In this document: piece after piece, positions 13,386-27,347 of the stretch
How the letters are laid out: the number at the start of each line of letters is the position of its first letter
Position numbering within the stretch: position 1 is the first letter of the stretch
From: Chiloscyllium plagiosum
Taxonomy: Eukaryota
Length of the DNA: 64,000 nucleotides
Direction: 5' to 3'
NCBI RefSeq assembly: GCF_004010195.1
Contig: NC_057719.1
Location: forward strand, 66,336,066-66,400,065
Program-made: the position numbers and the translations under genes
The notes under the pieces: model-generated
Database searches by the model: none
Told to the model about the DNA's origin: nothing
The model's input: the letters and a program-made list of their open reading frames with translations, nothing else

Positions 13386-14354
13386 ACCTGAAATATTTTC
13401 AATTTCAAGTATTTATTCTGTTCTCAATTAATATAATGAATAAATCCACTTACCCCATCCCTTCAAGCAAGATATTTTAGATCATAGCAATAAACAACCA
13501 TATTTGCTTTCTCTTATTTTGCCAACTACCTTAAATCGGTGTCCTCTGATTAATATTTCTCCTGGTTTAGTCTATGAAAACCTTTATGATTTTGAACGCT
13601 GCCCAAACTTTCTCAACTGTAAAGAGAAAAAAAAACCCAGTTCCTCGAGCTCCTCCTTGTAATTGATGCCACCCTAGCTAATCTCTCCTGCCTTAAGGGC
13701 TTGCCATCCTTTTTTTGTAGTGTGTGATGCTCAGAATTAGATGCAACGATCCATCTGGCCCTGAACTAGTGATTTTTTTAAAAAAGATTTTTGCGCTGTA
13801 GCCTCTACTGACAAAACCAACAATTTTATCACCTTATTTAGGGATCATCAGAGGTGCCTCTGTGGCAGCACAGTTTAAATCCTCTCAAAAATCATTAACA
13901 GTTTAAAATGATACAATTTAGTTGATATTGCTTCTCCTCACTCTCCCATCAAAATTGATCAATGTACATTTTATAAAATTCAGTCTGATGTGTCCACCCA
14001 TTTCACGAGTTTTCTTGAGGTCTGTTGTTGCCCTTGCTGTTTACTCCAGCTCTGAGTTTTGCATCGTGCACCAACTTTGAAATGATGGTCTGTACACCCA
14101 GGTCCAAGTCAGTACTTTGGGCAGAGGGAGTGGGCAACCTTACTGTATCGTTCCTTCCAGTCTGCAAGGGAACAATTCATGATTGCACTGTGCAGCTGAG
14201 AAACCACTGCCCCCATTTAAGTTGTGTCACCCCCTGCAACCAGCTGCCATAGCGATGACTGTTGCAGTCATGATTAATGCAAGTCTCAACTCTTTTCTTT
14301 GCTTCTTTTTGAGTCTGCAGAGAGAATGTTGCTCAAATCAGGCAGTTAATTCCT

Positions 14355-15022
14355 GATGTTGTGAAACTTGAAAGGGTTCAGAAAAGATTAACAAGGATGT
14401 TGCCAAGGTTGGAGGATTTGAGCTATTGGGAGAGGCAAAACAAGCTGGGGCTGTATTCCCTGGAGTGTCAGAGGCTGAGGGGTGACCTTATAGAGGTTTA
14501 CAAAATTATGAGGGGCATAGATAGGGTAAACAGGCAAAGTTTTTTTCCCTGGGGTCAGGGAGTCCAGAACTAAAGGGTGAGATGGGAAAGATATAAAAGA
14601 TATTCCCTGGAGTGTCAGAGGCTGAGGGGTGACCTTATAGAGGTTTACAAAATTATGAGGGGCATAGATAGGGTAAACAGGCAAAGTTTTTTTCCCTGGG
14701 GTCAAGGAGTCCAGAACTAAAGGGCAAAGGTTTAGGGTGAGATGGGAAAGATATAAAAGATATAAAAGAGACCTAAGGGGCAACTTTTTCACACAGAGGG
14801 TGGTACATGTTTGGAATGAGCTGCCAGAGGAAGTGGTGGAGGCTGGTACAACTGCAACATTTAAGAAGCATTTGGATGAGTATATGAATAGGAAGGGTTG
14901 GCGGAATATGGGCCAGGTGCTGGCAGGTGGGACCAGATTTGCTTGGGATCTCTGGTCAGCATGGACGGGTTGGGCCGAAGGGTCTGTTTCCATGCTGTAC
15001 ATCTCTATGAGTCTATGACTCT
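14355..15022 (+). mobile_element. CR1/HER1-type LINE 3' fragment with internal ~150 bp tandem duplication
   Basis: RT C-terminal motifs; 14454-14600 repeated at 14601-14760; ctatgagtctatgactct tail. Confidence 0.92.
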
Positions 15023-17237
15023 AAATGAGTGGCTAATAGCATGTTTTCCACTGCAAACATTTTCATCACTTTCCGCATATAAAATTAGGAAGCAGTAGTT
15101 TAGGAGTTGAGGCCTGGATAAATTACAGGCTTTCCAAAGCAATTTTGGAAATCACATCACCCTGTATACCCCATCTGACAATACAAGCTTTCATCAATTG
15201 CAAGAATTCCATTGCTCTAATGGTACTTAATGTATGATAGTCAACAGTACACCATGCAATTCTGTGGCTGCTTTCCTGGCAACTGCCTTGATATTTTTAT
15301 TCTGCAACAATCTATCTGACTGCAAACCAAATAAGACATTGGCTGCTGGTGTTCTTGGGCTATCATCCACATAGCTGTTTCATATCCACAAGATATAGCA
15401 ACAGAATTAGGCCGTTCGGTCCATCGAGTATGCATCTCTTGATGGAAAAGAGAGGCAAAAACTACTGGACTTCACCTTCAGTGATCCACCCATTTCAAAT
15501 GGATCTGTTCAAGATAGTATCGGGAGGAGTGACTATCATACAGTTCTTGTGGAAATGAAGTCCTGTCTTCACACTGAGGGCACTGTCCTGTGGCATACAC
15601 AATGTTAAATGTGATTTTGCACAAGATCTAGCAACTCAGAACTGGGCGTCTATGGGGTGCTGTGGGCCATCTGTGATGGCAGAATTGCACACAATGACAA
15701 TCTGTAATCTCATGGCCTGGTATGTCTTTACCATGGGGATGTGTTGAGGATACAATAATTTTCCCTTTCCTGGTTGGATTTGTTGTAATCCTGTAAATTA
15801 AATTTTCGGCTGGGTAAATCCTCTATGCCAGGAACACTCCAGAAGTCTCTATTTAATTCAGAGTCGGAAATCAGACAGAGTTCCTATGAAATGAAGTGCT
15901 TAACCAGGAAAAAAAAACAGACTGTTAAAATACATAGTATAACTCCTGAGTGATGAATAAACTGACCCTATACTTAGCTCACACACATGCACAACTGCAC
16001 TTCTCCCACTCCTCTTATGCCTCCTAGACACAGACCTGACACATCCCATGACCCAACCAGGCTATGCCCACACCAACCCGAGTTGACCTCAGCCTGATTC
16101 AATGGGACCTGACCCCAACATGTCCCAAAATCTGCTGCCGGACACACCTCCCAAACACCCTTACACCAACCATGATCCAACGAGGACCACCCCTGCCCCC
16201 AGCCAGACTCCACCCAACCCAACAAAACTCCCGTGCCATCAAATCTCCACTCCCTGATCCGGCTGGCTCCACTCCTCCCGCACTTCTGCCAAACCTGACA
16301 TAATTCCTCCCCATTGCCACTAGAGCAGGCAAAATTCACCCTGCCGGACCCCTACTCATCGGGTGTAATACCCCTGGCACCCTACCACCTCCCTGGCTGA
16401 TGCTATGCCTAGCTGGCACCTTACCCCTTCATATCCAGCACCCTAACATCATACTTGCCCTACCTACTCCACGGCTGTCAAAGTGGTTCTGTCAGGACCT
16501 TTAGCTCTCAGAAGATGAAAGCTGGCTGCTGTGAAAGAGGGCATAGCACACCTTCACTGGCCCTTCTGCACTGGGAAAGATGTGTTGGGATGGAAGTCCA
16601 GCTGTGCATTTCTGTAATAAAAAAGGCCAGAGTTGCATGAGATTGCCACTCCCCAGAGGATCTGGCTCAGCATGTTTGAAGAAAGATTCTGCCAGACATA
16701 CTGAATACTGTAAATGCCACTACTTCACATTCCAACAATTCAGATCAAAACAAGCAATTAGACCCCTGGAGGCCATGAACTCTCCCATCTCACAGCACCC
16801 TGAAAACTTTCAAATGTTCCTCAAATAAATCAAAAGCTCACAGACCGAATTCGAAGCAATAAATGCTGCAGACACAGACTAATAAAATATTTCCCTGGAA
16901 CATACAAATGAGGAGACTTCTTCAAGAGCCTGAGCTAAAAAGGAACAATTAAGACAATGCTGTATTGAAGACAACTTGAGGAACTCTCTCTCTATGGAAA
17001 TTGTATGCCTATCTCTGTAAAAAGAGCGATCAGCCCTGAGAGAAAACTGACCACAAACCAAGATCTTTTATAACATGTAGATCAGTTCCACACAACTACA
17101 TCCAAGAGAGCAACTGAATGAGACCAATATTGATCTCACTGCATTAAGACCAGTCAAGGAATCACTAAGCATATACTCCTTTGATCTAAATTATATGGGC
17201 TGTAAATCCCTTATATGCCTAGCCTCTTACTCTAATA

Positions 17238-18177
17238 GAGACAAAATAACTGCAGACGCTGGAATCCAAGGTGGACAAGCTGAAGGCTGGAAGAACACAG
17301 CCTAATGACACGTGGTTAACCCCCCCTCCCCCCCCCCCCCCATCCCAATTTAAACCCACAACACAAAAGAAAATTTAACCCGTGTGGTAATCTGTGAAAA
17401 TTTGAGAGGCCAAGAACTATCCCAAAGGTCACTATTTAAAGTAAAAATTAACAATTTCTTTTTTAAAAGTCTAACAGAGAATAATTAACTAACATTACTT
17501 ACAACTCCTTTCTCTAAATTGTCCTTTAACTTCCCCTCCTACAATACTAGTCCGATAAAACCTCCAATTAAGATTTACCAAAGAATTCAAATTTCAAAAC
17601 CAGGCAGCTGTTGAATGTTCTTTTTGTATCTTCCTCTGTCTTCTTTTCTTCTTAGGAATTATGTTTCATGTATGATAGATAAAGGTACCTTTAAGAGAAC
17701 TATTTCTGGGGCAGTCTATACATACTGGTGGCCTGGCAGTTCTCCTCCAACTGTTCAATTTTCCCTGGTCTTATAACTTAAAGCATCTTATCATTTCATT
17801 GGTCTTAATACTATCAAAATATCAAATTCAAACTTGATTGGAGGTTGGTATCTTGGGGTATAATTTAAACTGATTGGCCGAATTTGCATTTGTTTTGTCT
17901 CATAGCAACCCAGATACTGCTAGCTGCTGGACCAAATGTTACACTGTAAATTTTCCAGTACACTGTGTGCCTCTCCAAGTCCTTGCTTGCTTTCAACTCT
18001 CTTAAATGTGCAGTACCATTACACTTTCATCACAGGTATAACCCTTAGGATTGAAGAAGGGTTACACCCGAAACATTGATGAGCCCTGAAAAAGAGTTAC
18101 ACCCAAAATGTTGACTTCTCCACCTCCTGATGCTGCCTGACTTGCTGTGTTCTTCCAGCCTCCTGATTGTCTACCTT
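17238..18177. mobile_element. Fold-back PLE terminal repeat (family 2) split by an LTR-like insertion
   Basis: aaggtggacaag..ggctggaagaacacagc (17270-17301) is the inverse of gctgtgttcttccagcc..ttgtctacctt (18144-18177); two hammerhead-like cores at 18051-18112. Confidence 0.7.
17303..18034 (-). mobile_element. Putative solo LTR
   Basis: Minus strand begins TGTGATGA, as does the 26209 LTR; interrupts a PLE palindrome; other end eroded, no target-site duplication (TSD) seen. Confidence 0.45.
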
Positions 18178-18202
18178 AGCCTTTTATCCTAACAATTATG
18201 TT

Positions 18203-18306
18203 TGTGCGTGTGCATGTGTGTGCAAGTGTGTGTGTGCGCGCGCATGTGTATTTGTATGTGAGCGTGCATATTTGTGTGTGCGTGCGTGTGCGCATGTGCA
18301 TGTGTG
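18203..18306. repeat. (TG/CG/CA)n alternating purine-pyrimidine microsatellite
   Basis: tgtgcgtgtgcatgtgtg... over ~100 bp. Confidence 0.9.
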
Positions 18307-18590
18307 GGCCTAGATGACTGTGTGTTGACCATACAAATGCTGGTGTGTTACTGAGACTCTCTTAGGTTGGGAAAACTATTTTCAGTAAACCTATTTTGTA
18401 CATTATTTAATCAAAGTAAACTTGTCTGAGTAAAATCACCTGAAGTCATAAATGGTGAATATATACAGAATTGACAATCACGTAAACTTTAACTTCAAGA
18501 GCCATAGTCTGTTGTAGTCAAATTAGAAATGGAAAAATTAGGGGATCAAATTCAACCTCCTCACCTGGTTATAGCATTCCTCACTATTAT

Positions 18591-18934
18591 TATCACAGAA
18601 TCCCTACAGTGTGGAAACAGGCCCTTCGACCCAAAAAGTCCACACCAACCACTGAAGAGTAACCCATCCAGACCCATTCCCCGAAACTATTACTCTACAT
18701 TTACCTCTAACTAGTGCATGTAACCTACACATCCCTGAACACTATGGGCAATTTAGCAGGGTCAATTCACCTAACGTGCACATCTTTGGATTGTGAGAGA
18801 AAACTGCAGCACCCAGAGGAAACCCACGCAAACACGGGAAGAATGAGCAAACTCCATACAGACAGTCGCCAAGGCTGGAATCAAACCTGAGTCCCTGGCA
18901 CTGTGAAGCAGCAGTGCTAACCACTGGGCCACCA
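18591..18934 (-). mobile_element. HE1-type SINE
   Basis: Same head, body and tail as 11437-11754. Confidence 0.88.
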
Positions 18935-19449
18935 TCTCCTTGTCACAGATGTACCAGCCAAGACAGTTTTGATAAGAGTGAGCACTGCGCAAGCGGAGAC
19001 AAAAGTGTCAATTTCATGTTGAGAATTCTCACCATTGTGATGGGCTGCCACTATCACATTACTATATGGGATAAATTTTGAACAGATCTAGCAACTGAAA
19101 ACTGGGCATCCATGAGGCAATAAAGGACCATCAGCAGCAGAATCTATTCCAACACAAAACGCAGCCTCATAGTTCAACCAATCCCCCAGTCTACAATTAC
19201 CATCAAGCTGGGAGATCAATGAAAAGTGTAGGAAGGTGTGCCAGGAACAGCAGCAGGCATAAATGAAAATCAGGTAAAAAATGGTGAAGGTACAACACAG
19301 GGCTACTTGCATGCCAAACATCATAAACAACATGAGAGAGACAGGACCAACTCATTCCATAACCAGTGGATCAAACCAGGGGAATCATCTGATCTGCATT
19401 TACCCTGCCTATCTCTGAGTAGTTTGATCCATTGGTTAATTGATTTATA

Positions 19450-21500
19450 GGTTTCAATGACATCATCTCTCATGTTTCAAAACGCTAGGTAGTACAGGTC
19501 CAGTTTGCCTAATCTCTATTCACAGGAGACCATTATGGGATGAAGTCCAGTGAACCGTCATTGCACTACCGTTGTGGTAATAATATCTTTGCTGAGATAA
19601 GGAGACCAAAATTGCACGTGTGATCAAACCAAGTTCCTATACAATTGAAGACAACACTATTCCTATACTCAAATCCTTTTGTAACAAAAACTAACATTCC
19701 ATTAGCCTGTTGCACCTGCATGTTAGTCTTCAGTGACTTGTTGACAAGGACATACAGGTCCATTGTGATATCTCCAATTTTCAACCTCTCACCATTCAAG
19801 AAATATGGGTAACCTCAAATTTTCCACATCATTTCACATCTGCCATGTTCTTACCAATCACTAAGCCTGTCTGAATCCTCTTAAATGTTTTACATCTTCC
19901 TCACAGCACACATTACTGCTTAGATTTATATGATCTGCAAATTTTAAAATATTACTTTTATCTATACATCCAAATCATCACATGAATCATGAACAGTTGG
20001 AATTAAAGAATTGTTGCAATATCCAACTATTCACAAATGTCCCATTTATTTCTACTGTCTATTTGTTTACTGTGTGTTGGCCAATCCTTAATCCATGCCA
20101 ATACTTTGCCTCATATATCATGCGCTTTAATTTTACTAACCAACCCCCTGTGGGACACTTTATCAAAAGCCTTCTGAAAATTTAAATATACTATATCTCT
20201 CAACTTCACTTCAATTTTGTTAGTAACATCCTTACAAATGCAAACAAGTTTGTCAAACATGACTCTTTATTCAAACATTCATGCTGACTATGCCCAATCA
20301 AATCATTTTTATCCAAATGTCCACCTACATCCTTTATGATGGATTTTCCCTACGACTGATGTAAGGCTAACAGCTCTGTAGTACCCGTTTTTCTCTCCTG
20401 TTCTTTTCTTAAATGTGGAGTAACAATTGCAAGCTTCGAATCTGTAGGGATTATTCCAAATCTATAGAACTTTGGAATATGATTACTTTTGCATCAATGA
20501 TCTCTATAAAAACCTCCGACAACACTCTGGGACGTGGATTTTCAGCTCTCCAGGATTTATCTACTTTCTGTCCCATTAATTTCTCCAGCACAATCTTTAC
20601 TAACATTAACTTCATAAGCTCTTCTTTCTCCTTCACCACTTGGATCTCTAATTCTGGGAGCTGTCTGCATCTTTCTCAGTGTAATCATTTAGCTTCTCTG
20701 TTCTCTATAAAATTTTCCTGACTCTGTTTTAAAAGGACGCACGATTGCCTGAGCACAATGTTTCATTTTTGTGTACCAGTAGAAGCTTTTACAGTCCATA
20801 TTTATTTTCTTTTGCAAAATTCTTCCTTTTCTTAACAGTTTCTCGGTCCTACCTTGTGGTTATCTAAAAACTTCTCAATCCTGAGATTTATTACAATTTC
20901 TGGCTACTTTATAAGCTCTTGCTTTTAATGTTGTACAATCCTTAATTTTCTTTCTCAGCCACTTTTCTTTTTCCTGACCTGTAGAGCTTTATGACTATCA
21001 GAAAATGGGATTAGAATATGATTAGAAAATGGGATTAGAAAATGGTTGTTTTTGACCAATGCAGACTCAATGAGCTAAAGGGAGTTTTTCTGTGCTCTAG
21101 ACCACTATAATATTAACCTTTTTTTGAGACTTTTCACCTTGATTAAATGTATTATTGCTGTAATCCATGCAATTGTTATTTAAAAACTGTCATTGCCTAT
21201 CTACCTATATGGTCAAGTGTTTTAATGCATTTTCTCAATTCAGCTCAGCCAACTGTGCCAATGTTTTCATCATTTCCTGTATTCAAATTTAACACCCTTG
21301 CTTCAGACTGAACTCTCACTTTCAACATAATGTAAAATTTTACCATATTATGGTCAGCCATTCCAAAAGTTTCTTTTAGAGTAAGATTATTACATCATAC
21401 TTTTTAATTACATAATACAAGATCCAAACTAGCATGTCCTCCAGTTGACTCCTCAACATACTGTTGTAGAAAACTATCCCAAAGACATTCCAGAAACTCA
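19450..21500 (-). mobile_element. Old degenerate CR1 LINE ORF2
   Basis: LEKLMGQKVDKS, QVQQANGML..KGFEY and gattttcagaaggcttttgataaagt RT motifs on the minus strand. Confidence 0.75.
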
Positions 21501-21759
21501 TTTTCTATTGTTTTGTGCTCATTTGATTTATCCAGTCTACATGCAGATTGAAGTCACCCATGTTTGCTGTGCTGCATGTGCTACATGCGTCTGTTCTGAA
21601 TTATATGATGTCCAACACAGTTACTGCTATTTGGTAGCCTATAAATAATTCCAACTAACGCTGTTGCTTTTGGCTTCATCTTAGTTCCACTCAAACGGAT
21701 TCTACACATTGTTCTTCTAACCTGAGATTATCCCTTACTATTGTACTAACACCATCCAG

Positions 21760-22960
21760 CACAAAGCAGCTTTTGTGACTGACACCCTATCTACTACATT
21801 TAAAACACACTCACTTTACCATGGAAACACAGTGGCAGCGGGGCATAACATTTACAAGATGCAGTATAGTAATTCATCAAGGTTCTTTCGACAGCACATT
21901 CCAAACTCATGACCTTTAACACCTAAAGTGAAGAGGAAAACAGATGCATGGGAACACTACTACCTGCAATTTCCCCTCCAAATCACATACTGCCCTGACT
22001 CGGAATCATATCATTATACCTTAACTGTTGCCGGTCAAAATCATGGAATTCCCTTCTTACAGCTTTGTGGATTTAACCATAAGCCAAAACTTGCAGTGGT
22101 TCAAAAAAGCAGCTCATCGCCAACAAGGGGCCTTTCCTGAGGTCCCCCACATCGCAGACTTCAGTCTTCAGCCAATTTGGCTTAGTCTATGTAACATCAA
22201 GAAGGAGAGGCTCCTCTCAGTCATCGGCAAGTTAATGGAAGGGATTGTCATACAAGTTATCAAGCAACACTTGACTATGAATAGCCTGGTCACTGACACT
22301 CAGTTTGAATTTCACCAGGACCATTGAACTCATGACTTCATTAAACCCTGATCTAAACAAATCTGAATTCCAAAGATGATGTGAGAATGATGCCCTTAAT
22401 ATCAATACAATATTTGACTAAGTATGGCATTTAGAAACCATAGCAAAACTGGAGTCAACAGGAATCAGGTGGAAAACTGTCCACTGACTGACCTCTTACC
22501 TAGCACATAAGAAGATGGTTAAGATTATTGCAGGTCAATCATCTCAGCTCCAGGACATCTCTACAAGAGTTCCTCAGAGCAAGTGTCCTTGGCCCAACCA
22601 TCTTCAGTTGCTTTAACTATGACCATCCTGCTATCATAATGTCAGCAATGGGAACATTGGCTGATGATTGCACAATTTTCAGCACCATTAACGATTCCTC
22701 AGATATTGAAGTATTTTGTTCCACATGCAGTAAAACCTGGACAACACCTGGGCTCGGGCTGATAGAAGGCAAGTTAACATGTGCACCACATAACGTCAGA
22801 CAGTGACTAACCCAAACAAGAGGGAATTTAACCTTTGTTCCTTAACATTCAACAGCATTATGATTAAATGCCCACTTTCAACATCTTGGAAATTAGTACT
22901 GATCAGCAACTGTGTTAATCAGCACAGAAATACAATGGTTATAAGGAGGTGGTCAGGGAC
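21760..22960 (+). mobile_element. Old LINE relics (second family) with RT motifs
   Basis: SVLGPTIFSCF...LADDCTIFSTI; continues after the nested CR1 at 24220-24600. Confidence 0.75.
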
Positions 22961-22984
22961 TAGAAAATGTATGAAAAGTACATA

Positions 22985-24217
22985 CCAGGGCGTGGTACCA
23001 GGGGACTGGAGAGTGGCGAATGTTGTGCCCTGTTCAAAAAAGGGAATAGGGATAACCCCGGGAATTACAGGCCAGTTAGTCTTACTTCGGTGGTAGGCAA
23101 AGTAATGGAAAGGGTACTGAGGGATAGGATTTATGAATATCTGGAAAGGCACTGTTTGATTAGGGACAGCCAGCACGGATTTGTGAAGGGGAGGTCTTGC
23201 CTTACANNNNNNNNNNNNNNNNNNNNNNNNNNNNNNNNNNNNNNNNNNNNNNNNNNNNNNNNNNNNNNNNNNNNNNNNNNNNNNNNNNNNNNNNNNNNNN
23301 NNNNNNNNNNNNNNNNNNNNNNNNNNNNNNNNNNNNNNNNNNNNNNNNNNNNNNNNNNNNNNNNNNNNNNNNNNNNNNNNNNNNNNNNNNNNNNNNNNNN
23401 NNNNNNNNNNNNNNNNNNNNNNNNNNNNNNNNNNNNNNNNNNNNNNNNNNNNNNNNNNNNNNNNNNNNNNNNNNNNNNNNNNNNNNNNNNNNNNNNNNNN
23501 NNNNNNNNNNNNNNNNNNNNNNNNNNNNNNNNNNNNNNNNNNNNNNNNNNNNNNNNNNNNNNNNNNNNNNNNNNNNNNNNNNNNNNNNNNNNNNNNNNNN
23601 NNNNNNNNNNNNNNNNNNNNNNNNNNNNNNNNNNNNNNNNNNNNNNNNNNNNNNNNNNNNNNNNNNNNNNNNNNNNNNNNNNNNNNNNNNNNNNNNNNNN
23701 NNNNNNNNNNNNNNNNNNNNNNNNNNNNNNNNNNNNNNNNNNNNNNNNNNNNNNNNNNNNNNNNNNNNNNNNNNNNNNNNNNNNNNNNNNNNNNNNNNNN
23801 NNNNNNNNNNNNNNNNNNNNNNNNNNNNNNNNNNNNNNNNNNNNNNNNNNNNNNNNNNNNNNNNNNNNNNNNNNNNNNNNTTGGTAGAGGTTTATAAGAT
23901 GATCAGAGGAATAGATAGAGTAGACAGTCAGAAACGTTTTCCCCGGGTGCAACAGAGTTTTACAAGGGGACATAAATTTAAGGTGAAGGGTGGAAGGTAT
24001 AGGGGAGATGTCAGGGATAGGTTCTTTACCCAGAGAGTGGTGGGGGCATGGAATGCACTGCCTGTGGGAGTGGCAGAGTCAGAATCATTGGCGACCTTTA
24101 AGCGGCAATTGGATAGGTACATGGATGGGTGCTTAAGCTAGGACAAATGTTCGGCACAACATCGTGGGCCGAAGGGCCTGTTCTGTGCTGTATTGTTCTA
24201 TGTTCTATGTTCTATGT
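22985..24217 (+). mobile_element. Young CR1 LINE spanning the assembly gap, nested in an older LINE
   Basis: FKKGNRDNPGNYRPVSLTSVVGK...SQHGFVKGRSCLT; FFTQRVVGAWNALP; (ttctatg)n tail. Confidence 0.92.
23207..23880. other. Assembly gap (674 N)
   Basis: Run of N. Confidence 1.
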
Positions 24218-26326
24218 AACTCACTTCCTGCCTCCAAATGTGTGTTCAATATCTATAAGGCAGAGGTCAGGCATTTAATGAAATAGCCTCGACCAAAATA
24301 ATTCGAGAACTGGACGCCATCCTAGACAAAGCAGCCCACTTGATTAGCACCTCAATTACTAACTTAAACATTCACTTCTTCCAGCACCAATGCACAGTTG
24401 CAATGATGTAATCTACTATAAGCAACAAGATCTACTTAAACTTTTGGCAGATTCTTGCAAGCCATTACCTCTACCACTAAGAAGATAAAAGGCAACAGAC
24501 TCAAGTAACATCACCACCTGCAAATTCCCCTCCAAACCAGACACCAGCCTGACTTGGAACTATTCTTCACTCACTAGGTCACATTCCTGGAACTCTAACA
24601 GATACAGTCTACAGCATGGTCATTGAAAGGCAAATTTCAGCAACTCTGTGGTTGGGGGTCACCTGTCATTATCAGATTTCAGGGGTAACAAGGATCCCAA
24701 TATTATCTCATCCTGAGAGATGGGGCCTTCCCACTGCAACTACTTCATACTAGGTTGAAATCCACTAAGTTGGATGAAGACAGACTCTAGGAGTGTGATC
24801 CAAATGAAATCCTTATCCATTTGCACTTCTAGTCTGTCCCAAGCTGAGGGAATCATTGAGGTCACATGACACAACTGGTGACAGAAGCTACTGCAGATAG
24901 ACCAAGCTGTACCATTCATTAAGGTGACTAAATAATCCATAGTTGTCTTTAGGGTTTTGATATTGCCTATCAAAACTCTGCAGAATTTGAAGTAGCTTTC
25001 TTCCTGCAAATAACATGGTTGTAAGCTCCTCTGCCGATGAATAGACCAATTTTTAATGCACATAAGGCTTTGTCTTTACAAAGATTTCTAAAATCTGTAT
25101 TTCTATTCTCTTTAGCAAAACTACGCCATTAAGTTGTTCTCCATTGAATTATTTCCATGGTTGGACTTCTTTATCTGCACTTATTCATCTCAGTCAGGGT
25201 CAGTGTACCACACAGTGTGACACCATTAGTCACATGCAAACAAATGAACTAGGTCATTCAGCCCCTCAAACCTGCTCGACCATTCAATAAGATCTGATTA
25301 TGGTCTCAACTGTACTACCCTCCCCTCAGTTATCCCTATACTCTTTGACTCCCTTGTCAACCAAGAATCTAAAACATAAGCACAGTATATCAGCTGATGG
25401 AGATATCAAATAAGAACAGAAAGTGCTTCAAAAGCTCTGCAGATTTGGTAATATCCGTGGAGAAAGAATAGAGTTAATGTTTTCAGCCGAATACGATTTC
25501 TTCTAACTCAGCCTTTAAAATCAAATGAAGAAATCACCACAAACTGACAGTGTCTACTCTTACGAATTTTAAATTAACAAAAGTGAACAGATGATGATTC
25601 TCAAAAAGTGAGAACAAGTGACAGTGCACTTTCAGGAGCATTCTTCCCTTCAGTCTGTGCTTTTTCAAGTTCCAAAGTACGTGTCAGATAATGGTAGATA
25701 TAAGTCAGTTGTAGATGTGAGACAGCGTGATCCACCATGGGGTTTTCATACTAAATATCTGATTGCAAGGAGTCATTAAAAAGAGGAAAGAATGGCACTT
25801 GCCTAAAACACATGGTTCCCACCTCCAACATTTAACAATGTGAAAGTAGCAATTTATCCAGAAAATTTGCCCAGTAGGTCAAATAATGATGATACTAAGT
25901 GCCTTCATCGTTATATGTGCTTGATCTTTGCAGATATTTTTTAATCAATCTGTTCAGTGATGTTGTGACACACATCTGGAGCTGCTAGGACGTGAACCCA
26001 GGTCTTCTGTTTTTGGTTGGCCTAATGGAGATCCTCTAAGCAAATTTTTGCACCAATGATTTAGGAAGTGTTATTCACATGGACAATGTGTTACTGCAAA
26101 GGGCTCCTGAAGACAAGTCAATCACCATATTTCAAAGGCAAAGGCAAAAAATGTGTAAGGGGAAAAAGAGCATTGGAACAAGATCAATTATATCTGGCGT
26201 GAAGAGAATGTGATGATGCTGCCCCTTTAACAAGGTTATGTGTCCTTGATTTATTTTTCCTCAAGACGGGTCCTAAAAGCAGAGGTGCAGATTTGTCAGA
26301 AAATAGTTACTACAAGAATCTCAGAG

Positions 26327-26590
26327 AGTCCCTCTCCCACTGCAATTCCCATGTCATTTCCTCTGCCTTGAAGCTCTTCAACTCTATGCTACTTTCTCCC
26401 CACCCCCACCCTCCTCTCATTTGTCTCTCTACCCTGCAGGCACTCTGCCACTATTCCTGATGAAGGGCTTTTGCCTGAAACGTCGATTTTCCTGCTCCTC
26501 GGATGCTGCCTGAACTGCTGTGCTTTTCCAGCACCACTCTAATCTAGAATCTGGTTTCCAGCATCTGCAGTCCTTGTTTTTATCTACTTT
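26327..26590 (+). mobile_element. PLE 3' terminal-repeat fragment
   Basis: Same terminal sequence as the GIY-YIG-linked copy at 55950-56350. Confidence 0.85.
26457..26484 (+). ncRNA. Minimal hammerhead ribozyme core
   Basis: CTGATGA-A-GGGC-TTTT-GCCT-GAAAC-GTC. Confidence 0.7.
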
Positions 26591-26909
26591 GAACAATGGT
26601 AGGGGAGTTGCCTGTGCTCCCAGTTCAGGTTTTTTTTCTAGTTTGGTTTGTTTTAGCAAGCATTCAGAAAACTGCTGGAGACCTAGAGATACAGCTCTAG
26701 TGAAAAGAGGTCTTGCCTGAACTTTCTCTTTGAAATCTCACCTGCCTGTAAGAATCTGTGTTTGAATTTACTTTTTTCTCAGGAGTGTGTTTATGTGATG
26801 TTGCGGGGATTGAAACAGCTTTGTTAAGTTGCGATATCATGTCAGTTGGGTTATCAAATACGTTGTTATTCTAAATTCTGTTTTCTTCTGTTTGTGTTTC
26901 ACCCGTAAT

Positions 26910-27347
26910 AGAGTCATAGAGTCAGAGGTATAAAGCATGGAAACAGACCCTTCGGTCCAACCCGTCCATGCCGACCAGATATCCAAACCCAATCTAGTCC
27001 CACCTGCCAGTACCCAGCCCATATCCCTCCAAACCCTTCCTATTCATATACTCATCCAAATGCCTTTTAAATGTTGTAATTGTACCCGCCTCCACCACTT
27101 CCTCTGGCAGCTCATTCCATACACTTACCACCCTCTGTGTGAAAAAATTGCCCGTTAGGTCTCTTTTATATCTTTCCCCTCTCACCCTAAATCTATGCCC
27201 GCTAGTTCTGGACTCCCCGACCCCAGGGAAAAAAAACTTTGCCTGTTTACCCTATCTATGCCCCTCATAATTTTTGTAAATCTTTATATGGTCACCCCTC
27301 AGCCTCCGACGCTCCAGGGAAAACAGCCCCAGCCTGTTCAGCCTCTC
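26910..27347 (-). mobile_element. CR1/HER1-type LINE 3' fragment
   Basis: NFFTQRVVSVWNELPEEVVEAGTITTFKRHLD. Confidence 0.92.

Noticed and set aside
15974..16339. Proline-rich and glycine-rich ORFs on both strands, possibly a formin FH1 exon
   Set aside because: C-rich low-complexity repeat sequence upstream of the formin start; no polyproline repeats or splice support
22967..24141. Three long ORFs of 280-314 aa
   Set aside because: Artefacts of translating the 674-N gap; the flanks are CR1 ORF2
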